Source: Amphiscolops sp. MND2022
Lineage: Eukaryota
Reading direction: 5' to 3'
DNA length: 64,000 nt
NCBI GenBank assembly: GCA_964187785.1
Contig: OZ076409.1
Span: forward strand, 91,080,001 to 91,144,000
Position numbers and translations under genes: made by a program. The notes under the pieces were generated by a model. The model did not search any database. It was not told where the DNA came from and saw nothing but the letters and a program-made list of their open reading frames with translations. Position 1 is the first letter of the stretch, and each line of letters begins with the position of its first letter. Below, piece by piece: positions 56,201 to 64,000 of the stretch.

Positions 56201-57459
56201 CGTCGAATATATTCGGAGCCATCCAATTCTAATGCATTCTACAATCAAAGCACAGACTTGAGAAGCTCAACTGCGGATTTGAGTCCAGTATCTACTTTGG
56301 ATCGCACGTATGAACACCCTAAGTTGGGTGCAACTGCCGACAATGACCGGCTCCAGAGTACAGACTCGGTTGCAAGTAGTATGGACAAAATCAGTGATGA
56401 CCACTGTAATGTTTCTAACGTGCCTTTTCTACATGCCAAGTCAAAAGGTTTGTATGTTTCGATTGAAGTCTCAAGTTTGTAAACAAACTCCAAAATTGTA
56501 GTTAATCTTGTTGTTGAAAGTGATGAAATTTGGCTGCACTGTTGCTTACTAGCACTGACTAAAAATGCTCCAATAAGCCAAGATTCAAAACTTGCGGAAC
56601 TGCAATTGAATTTCATTTACATGGAGTTCAAAAAAGTTTTCGTGCTGGAACTAAAAGTTGTCATTTTTAGTCGACACTCTGAAATTAAACCCGACTATTA
56701 TAGTGACTTTTTGTCGTGTATTTTGAATCCCGTCGAAGTGGCGATTTCACGCGGAATGCCAAAACCCAAAATTCTACAAATTGGCCCAAAGGGTCTCCCC
56801 ATTCGTATTTTCACAATTTTTTGAATTGAAAGGAATTTGAGTGGAACTCATTTTTGGAACTCTGCGATATTTTCTCGAATAACTTATTTTTTTCCTTTGC
56901 TTTTTTGGCACCAAAATTGAGTTTTTCATAGATTCCTGGACGCTTTGAAGTACTTTTGCTATTTTGGAGCCTTCCGCGGGGCGCTGACTGATGTCGTTCC
57001 CGGCTTGTTTGTGAACGACATTGAAGTGCCATATTTCTCCAGTTTGAAAAATGTCAATTTTTCTTAGGAACGGAAGGTGGCAGTCCACGAACTAATTCCA
57101 ACTTGTGCATGGCTCATAGTCCCTCTTGCGAAACGAGGAGTGAGTCAGCGAAGCAACTGGAGGGAAGCTTGCAAAACCACATATATCAGGAGATCCCCGA
57201 GGCGGGCTTAGCAATCGATGGAGCCGCTGCTAACTCGAGGGATTGTAGCACCATTGATCTCAATCCATATTCCCAGTCTTTCACCCCCGACAACACCACC
57301 TTCGAAGGCAGGGCTACTTTGATGGGGGGATGTGGAAGTAGTACCACTACAGGCGGAGACATTTTCTTAGCTGCAGTCCCGTCTAGGAACGAAGACAAAA
57401 CTATTACCAGCAGTAACGATTACGACACTCTGGAAAACACGGATTCGGAATTGCTGTGA
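41239..57459 (+). CDS. Uncharacterised single-pass membrane protein-like gene, ~1,196 aa from this exon onward, with a low-complexity Tyr-motif-rich tail; 5' start unresolved
   Basis: Exons 41239-41419, 42557-42983, 43645-43847, 45162-45575, 46260-46872, 55088-56447, 57068-57459. All six introns are GT-AG with matching phases (2,0,2,2,0,1) and no internal stop. Hydrophobic segment GLLILWGLLLITVLSLITIVMISLLCA. Confidence 0.8.
41466..41885. mobile_element. Tc1/mariner-like MITE
   Basis: TA|CTAGGTGAACCAAAAA ... TTTTTTGGTTCATCTAG|TA with extended inverted similarity; a second left end occurs at 41532. Confidence 0.75.
45700..45944 (+). mobile_element. 5'-truncated Helentron-like element
   Basis: Closely matches 37811-38092; ends GGCGCCGACTT...CCCGACTTGTT. 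Confidence 0.65.
47648..48266 (+). mobile_element. Helentron-like non-autonomous element with internal duplication
   Basis: 5' T-run, subTIR AGTCGGCGC and inverted repeat; 3' subTIR GCGCCGACT, hairpin AGACG-TTCT-CGTCT and TGTT. Nearly identical to 52893-53383. Confidence 0.8.
48565..51150. repeat. Satellite: ~89-bp monomers organised as ~178-bp dimers
   Basis: CTATAAACTCTATTTGTCAG (or a close variant) recurs at ~48842, 49020, 49200, 49379, 49559, 49737, 49914, 50093, alternating with CTATAAACTCGATTCGCG; edges are diverged monomers. Confidence 0.95.
51223..52286. repeat. 143-bp tandem repeat, ~7.5 copies, four-unit higher-order structure
   Basis: GAATTCC unit starts at 51223, 51366, 51509, 51652, 51792, 51935, 52078 and 52218. 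Confidence 0.95.
52697..54593 (-). mobile_element. Internally deleted hAT DNA transposon with transposase remnant
   Basis: TIRs TAGGGATGTTCCGGAA / TTCCGGCACATCTCTA and exact 8-bp TSD TTTTGCAA (52689-52696, 54594-54601). Transposase motifs VSTRWNSTYLML and STALDPRYK at 53575-54242(-). Confidence 0.93.
52893..53383 (+). mobile_element. Helentron-like element nested in the hAT
   Basis: Full termini as in 47648-48266; starts in a T-run, no TSD. Confidence 0.8.
56664..57010 (+). mobile_element. Degenerate Helentron-like element
   Basis: TTTTTAGTCGAC...CCCGACTA start and GCGCTGACT...CCCGGCTTGTT end. Confidence 0.6.
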
Positions 57460-57755
57460 GGATGATGAGATTGCTTTTAGCTAGTTAACCTAAGCTTTGT
57501 GTCGGCGACGATGGAATTCTCTCACGATGAAATATTCGGATGCTATTATTCTTAGTAGAATAACTTAATGAGTTATTTTTTCTACGTAGTTTACATTGAC
57601 ACGTTATTTGCGAACTTTTAAATGTATTTATTTTGACAATTTAGTTCTCGACCTCGTCGTTTTTTTTTCAGTTCAGGAAAACAGATACGATTAGAAAACA
57701 AAAGGTTTTTGAAACGACCAATTAGATACCGTCTGTGGTTCGCACGAACAACGTC

Positions 57756-58440
57756 AACTAGAACAGACCGGGAACGGCCAAAGTCGGCGCTATACCTAAG
57801 GCTGAAAAAGCGCGAACGTATAAAAATATGCTCAAGACGTTTTTTTAATGAAAAACTCAAGAAAAATTCGAAACACCCAAAGGGTGCCTTTAGTGCTCGG
57901 AAAATGTTTCAGAAGTTAGGATGTAGCGTGCTGAGACAAATGGGCGCGCTTGTTTTCGAACCTCTACCTCCTCCTCCTCCTCCTTTGTAAAATGCAAAAA
58001 TAGATAAATATCGCACCTTGGATATAACGTCAAAAATTCGGATATACCGCAATAATTTCGAACCTCCAAAGTTCTGATAGTATTGAAAAAACAATCGGTG
58101 GACATTTATTGAATCTTAATATTTGACAAAAAAGAAAACAGGTCTCATAGTGCCTGAAAATGTAGAAGGGGGACTATTTGGGATTTTTAAACATCCTCTT
58201 GTTGTTGCATGTCAAAAAATGAAGGAGGACCTTTTGGAGTTTTTTTAAAATTTAGAAAAGTCATAGTTTCCAGACGGAAAATGAGAATTTTGAACAGTTC
58301 CATAGTGCCGGAAAATGTAAAAGGGGGCATTTTGGGCTTTTTCAACATCCCTTCTGTTGCAAAATATCAGAAAAATTGAATGGAGGCCCCTTGGAGACAT
58401 CAAAAAAATTCGAAAATGGTCCTGTGTCGAAAAAAATCGA
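57756..58440 (-). mobile_element. Helentron-like element, partial; far boundary uncertain
   Basis: GACCGGGAACGGCCAAAGTCGGCGCTATACCTAAGGCT terminus followed by family-typical CATAGTGCC...AAAGGGG repeats. Confidence 0.55.
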
Positions 58441-61400
58441 AAGCGACAACTTTAAAAATGCTCAAAAAATTCAAAGTGCTAACAATGATTCCACGATAAT
58501 TCTCAGTGTTGAGATAATCCAAAAAAGAATTCAAAGAAAAATTTTATATTAAAGGGAAGTTCAAGGAAATCGGTAATTAACTGTAAATTAGCAAATATTC
58601 ACGAGAATATTCACAAGAACAAAATAGTAGGGTCTTTGTGGTTTCATGTAGTTGAAATAGTGAAACAATCTTTAGCAGGACTCTGTGTCATTTTTGGGTC
58701 TTTCATTTTGTCTCTGAGTGCATCATTTAAATAAAAATGTGTTATAGAAACAAGACCGGAACGGGTCAAGTTGGCGCCAATGTTTTTGGGAGTCGGAAAA
58801 AATGTTCGACTACTTATGCATTGGTACCTTTTATTTCTCCCAACCTTTCAATGAAAATTTCAAAACTCCAATATTGTCCATTTTTAAACTCATTCAAACG
58901 TACAATTTTCAAAAAAATTAGTCATTCTACACCCAGAAATGTTCCTGCGTGCGCAATGACATCAAAATTGTATGACTGGGATCTGAAAAAAGATAGCCAA
59001 AATTAGTCCAAAATTGACCAAGAAACGTCCGTTTTTTGGATTTTTTGATGTTCTTTTGAGCGAATTGAGGATTTAAACGAAATTTTTTCCAATCACTCTT
59101 CAACATAGAGCCTTTGTGTGCAATGACAGCAAAATTGTATGACTGGATTCTGAAAAACATCCAAAAATAACCAAATGACAATGAAACAAAATTGGTTTTC
59201 AATATTTCAATACTTTTTCGACTCCTTTACCGCACATGCGACTCGGATATTTTTCTCGAATCCGTCTAGAATGTTTTTTTGCTGAGGTCATGCTAGTAAT
59301 TTGACGCTGGGTTTTGCGTAGCTTTAGAATGTGAATTTCATGTTGTGAACGCCGAAAAATACCCCAAAGAATACGCATACGACTGTGAAACCACAATTTC
59401 ACCAACTGGAAACACAAAGTCCATTTCTCGAAGAAATTCCAATTCTTATGGAAAAGTTTCTTTGTGCCGGAAAAGGATTTTTCTGCTCAAAAAACTACTT
59501 TTTTTCAGCCGAAATCAGCTATGAAAGCGAGAGGCTACCCTTTGACAAAATGAAAGTTTCGAAAAAAATGGCACAGAGCCAGAAAAAGCTTAATGTATGA
59601 TAAAAGTATTGAGAATATAAACTTCGGGTAAATTGGAAAAAAACTCCTCCAATGGGGGACCCTTTGGCTTCCAATGATTTTGTATCACCCTAAATATCCT
59701 AAAAATGGAAAGGGGAGAACCTTTTGTATTATTGAAGAGAAATGTTTTATCCGATATACGTTATATCCGGAATTCGTTATATCCGATTTGTATTAAATCC
59801 GGAATGGGTTTTGTTTGTCAAAGTGGACTACTTAACAGTTCAAAGGTGGGACTTTGAAGTACTTTTGGTAGAACTATTTTGAACAGTTCAGCTGTATCGA
59901 AAAAAAGCGAAAAGCTATGACTATTATTATTAGACATTATTCGATTCTCTCAAAAACAATCCATAATAGTCGAACGAATCTTTTACAGTCATTCTACATC
60001 ATATTAGACATACATTGGTTGTAGTTGGTAGAAAAACGCGTTTTCAAGCCAAACTTCTCCAAAAATGAAAAGGTGACCTTCAACCGAAAAAAAATTCGAA
60101 GTCACCAGGTGCCGAAAAAACAGTGGGTCTTTGCCACAATTGATGAGAAAACTCTCAAATTGAAAAATAACAAAATAAGTCACGCTTGAGCCTCGGAAAA
60201 CGGTTTTCCTTAACAGAAAACTTCAAAAAAAAACAAAAACAATATCTGTGAATAAATTTTTTAATGTCCATTTTTGACAAAAAGTTTTGCCCTGCAAATA
60301 CTTGGTTTTTCCTATAGTGCCGAAAACCATGCAGGGGCCCTGTATGCCTGCAAAACGCTTTCAATCTCCTAAAAATTGAAGGGGGTTTGGAATTTAAAAA
60401 TTATCAGGAACGCTAAGTGCCGAAAAACCCCGAAGGGTCTTTCATTTACCTTTGCAAGCATAAAAAATGGTTTAAGGCGGCATTCGAACCCACGCACTCC
60501 TGCTTCTCAAGCCTCGTCACCAGGCCTGAAATCTTGTGTTGACCTCTGGGCCAAAACGTGGGATTTTTTAAATGTAAAATTTAGGAAAACTGATAAACGT
60601 GGACTTTGCTGACGAGTTTCTGACGAAAAAATCTGGCCGCGATAAGAGTCTTGCACTTTTTACTAGTTGAATACTTACTTGCCCGGACTAAAAACAAGTG
60701 ACTGCAAAAATTTCGCACTTTTTTCTAATATTAATGTTAAATTGAGTTTCATTGGTCTCCTCGCACCGATAAACATAAAGAATCTTTGATATGTTATAAT
60801 GATATACTGCAGCGCTTCAGCAGAAAAAAGAAGTCGTCAAGCTAGTGCGATATAAGCCTTACGCCGCTTTAGAATCCAAAAACACAAGAGCAACGGGATA
60901 TTTTTCCCTGAACTTAGACAACTTAACTGGAAACTGGATCGAGTGTTTTTCAACATCAAGAACGTTTAGTAGCCATACTTTTTGCTTTTGAATTCTATTT
61001 GAGATTAACACCTGCAAAAGCATGCGACGATTATCCGAAAAAAAAACATTAAACGTTCGAAAATCATTCTTTATGACTTTAACAAAATAATACGGAAATT
61101 GCTAACGCTGTAGAAAATGGAGAAGGGTTGGTGATAATTGTGGGCGTTTTCGATTTTTTGAACAGAATATTAGAACTTTTGCTTTTGAAGCCGTGTGGGT
61201 TGTTTCTTTTGCTCGTCGTTGAATTCGCTGCATACTGAAACCTACGTGAATGTTCAAAACGGTAGAAAAACTGTCACTAAGAAGCCAGAATGTGGATCAT
61301 TTGGTTTTTCATTTTTGGGTACTTCTGAGGCTTTTTTGGTTCAACAATACTGGGTTTCTCCGCTGAAATTTTGGCTAAATAAATACTGTTTTCAATTCTT

Positions 61401-61803
61401 AACTTTGTGTAAACAAAAACTCAACAAAAATCCAGCAATTGCACAAATTTTGTATCAGGAAAACAAGTAAAAAATGCTCTTTTTGTTTTTGCAAATTTGA
61501 AGGATTCTTCGATTATCAATATTCTGATTTCTCTAATTGAGGTCTCCCAAAACAAAAACAGGTTGCGTGTTCAAAATTTAGATGTAAGATTTAGATTCCA
61601 TACCGATGAAAACTTTCGCGAGATATTCCGAAATTTCTTGAAACGATCGAACTTCGAAAAAATGATGTTGTTTTTAGAGACGTCATAGCATTTTTGAGAA
61701 ACAACATGGAATGTCTCCTCTGAGAAGCATGTTGTATTGTTTTTTTCGACTCTGGATGTTTTAACGCTGGAGAATCGTTTAAAATACTGTACAAAACAAC
61801 GCT

Positions 61804-61893
61804 TTAATGGTCATCAGCTGGAACTTTTTAGGGGCATTTCATCCATTTAAATGCATGAAATGCCCCTAAAAAGTACCAGCTGATGACCATTAA
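61804..61893. repeat. 90-bp spacer-less palindrome
   Basis: 45-bp arms centred on ATTT|AAAT (61848/61849), 2 mismatches. Confidence 0.95.
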
Positions 61894-61910
61894 GTCGTTT
61901 AATGTCGTTT

Positions 61911-62148
61911 AAGTGTCTGCTTAAGCATTTTCTTTAAAGTTTTCAAACGTTTCGAAATGATAACACACCCACAGAGTTGAAAAACAAAGCAAACATATTT
62001 TATAAGGAACAGTTTAGAGTTTATGATAATTATCATAAACTCTAAACTGTTCCTTGTAAAATTTGTTTGCTTTGTTTTTCAACTCTGTGGGTGTGTTATC
62101 ATTTCGAAACGTTTGAAAACTTTAAAGAAAATGCTTAAGCAGGCACTT
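61911..62148. repeat. 238-bp spacer-less palindrome
   Basis: 119-bp arms centred on GATAA|TTATC (62029/62030), 3 mismatches. Confidence 0.95.
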
Positions 62149-62239
62149 TTAGGGAGATATAAAACGACGCTATTGTCCGGGTCGAAACAACAATGACATA
62201 GTTATCAATGACATTTTACAGTAATTGTACAGAATAATT

Positions 62240-62613
62240 AAACTGTTCGGCGAATGGCAATCAATCCTTTTTAATCACACAAGAAATGGACTTTTAGGTA
62301 CATTGTATCAGGTGAGAAAAGTCAAACACCTGTCCGTGTCGAAACAATTTGAGATATCAAGAAAGAAGAAGAGGTCACAGTTTGCTATTCCACTGATTAC
62401 TTTGGTTACGACAATGTGGACTGTCGTTGTCCTACTTGCCAAAAGTTCCAAAAAGTTCACAAGCAAAATGTGCCAGAGACTGAAGTTGCTGCTGAAAATC
62501 AATCCTATCCAGATACTGATGAAATACATGAAGTGGAAACGCAAGTAATTTCCTCTCAGGAAGAAACGCGACAGATTTTCCCTGATTGCGCACCACTAAT
62601 TACGTCAAATGAG
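62240..62613 (+). pseudogene. Decayed SET/post-SET domain fragment, Suv4-20 (KMT5B/C)-like
   Basis: FNH (62270), a frameshift, then VRVETI*DIKKEEEVTVCYSTDYFGYDNVDCRCPTCQ (TGA at 62350). This matches the Suv4-20 pattern RDI..GEEI...Y...FFG..N..C.C.TC. An acidic stretch and a possible donor at 62614 follow. Confidence 0.7.
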
Positions 62614-62740
62614 GTTAGAACTCGTTTTCTATTCAATCGAATAAATTGGGTTTTCTTTTCCCTCTACTTTTTTCAAAATGAAAACCACTACTTCACATAA
62701 CCTTACCTCACTCTGATTCAATGACTACACATAAATTCAT

Positions 62741-63760
62741 TTATTACACTTGCGATAAGCAAGTGTTATGGGAAAGTGCGGGTGCTTTTTTTTCCGCGCG
62801 TACAACTCTCTGATTTCACGCGGCAACTCGCACGTTTCACGCGTTCGTGGTCTAGTGGTAAGATGCTTGCTTTTCAACCGAGGTTTCGTGTTCGAACCCG
62901 TGGGTATGCGCTAATTTTTTACAAGTATTCCGAGGCAGAAGGTTCTGACTTTTTTCGGCACTATGAGACTTTTCGGCTTTGTGAGACTTTTTTTCGGCTT
63001 TGTGAGACTTTTTTCGAAATTTTTTAAATGTCCCCAAAGAGTCTTCCTTTCAATTTTTTTGATATTTTGCAAGAGAACGAATGTTAAAAAATCCCGAAGG
63101 GTCCCTTTTTTCAGAATTTTCGGCACTATGAGACTGTTCAAAATTCTAATTTTTTTTCAAAAATTTTTTAGACTACCTTATTTTTTTCAAAAATTTTTTT
63201 TTATGTCCCCAAAGCGTCCTCCTTTCAATTTTTTGATATCTTGCAACAGAACGATTGTTATAAAATCCTAAAGGGTCCCTTTTTCACATTTTTCGGCACT
63301 ATGCGACTTAGCGGAAACTTCAAAAAAATTTTCTCAATTTTTAGTTTTAAAAGACCGTTCTTTTAAAGACCGATCTTTTTTCTATGCGACTTTTTTAAAA
63401 TTTGTTTTCACCGAAGCCCCTGCTCAATTTTTACAAGAAACGAAACGTTTTGCGAGAGGACTACTCAAGGCTTTGCGACTTACCGGAGACCATCAAAAAT
63501 GTTTTCGAAAAATTTTGAAATTTTTTTTCTTCTATTTTCTGTTTAAGGTTTTCCGTTGAGAAAGAATGGGTTTTTTTTGCTGTTTCCAGTTGGGGAAGAA
63601 TGGTTTTCGAGGCTTACGCGTATCCCTTCGGGTATTTTTTGGCGCTGTAAAATTGATGAAATTTTAATCTCCTTTTACCCTTTGTTTTCCGTATGATATT
63701 GCTTATTTGGTTTTATTCAAAAGTTCGCAAGTGTTTGCGAAGCACGGCTTCGCCTCTGTG
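62741..63760 (+). mobile_element. Second Helentron-like family carrying an internal tRNA-like segment
   Basis: 5' hairpin ACACTTGC-GATAA-GCAAGTGT (62746-62766); 3' subTIR CGCAAGTGT (63726-63734) followed by hairpin GCGAAGC-ACG-GCTTCGC (63737-63753). Confidence 0.75.
62841..62911 (+). pseudogene. tRNA-derived (Gly-like) sequence or SINE head
   Basis: GCGTTCGTGGTCTAGTGGTAAG (A box) and GTTCGAACCC (B box); stems are degenerate, so it is not a functional tRNA. Confidence 0.6.
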
Positions 63761-64000
63761 TAATCATCGCTACTAAAAAGTTTCAAAAACCTAATTCAAA
63801 AACAATCAGTCCAAGTATTCAAAATTTTATAACAATAATAAAAATATTAATAATAATGATATTAATAATAATATTTCAAAATTTTATCATTCCAGAGAGA
63901 TGATTACTCTGTCCACGGAAGAAAGAACATCTTCAAGCGGTCATTCAGTGCCACACCCTGAACAAACGGAATTGCAAGAAACGAATTCCGCCGAAGATGG

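Noticed and set aside
60700..61790. Possible recombinase or endonuclease remnants on the minus strand (e.g. FVLGDLN)
   Set aside because: The motifs are too short and broken to assign without a profile search.

Overview
Eukaryotic, probably animal, AT-rich and repeat-dense genomic DNA with spliceosomal introns; the organism cannot be determined from the sequence alone. Bases 1-32,000 are nested, decayed transposons: a LINE with nested tandem duplications, BEL/Pao, Copia, two CRE-clade non-LTR elements, Ty3/Gypsy, a tRNA-derived SINE and several MITE-like or Helentron-like families. Several of these have readable target-site duplications or empty-site paralogs inside the window. Bases 32,371-37,136 hold an intact 7-exon DHX15/Prp43 helicase gene (718 aa). 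Bases ~41,239-57,459 hold a phase-consistent gene of at least 7 exons encoding an unrecognised ~1,200-aa protein with one hydrophobic segment and a long tyrosine-motif-rich tail. Its 8.2-kb intron contains two satellites and a Helentron>hAT>Helentron nest. The right end has two adjacent spacer-less palindromes beside a decayed Suv4-20-like SET domain. The best leads, all hypotheses, are a 143-bp intronic array with C/D-box architecture and U2 snRNA complementarity, a structured poison-exon-like element in DHX15 intron 5, the orphan transmembrane adaptor-like gene, and the palindrome/SET locus.
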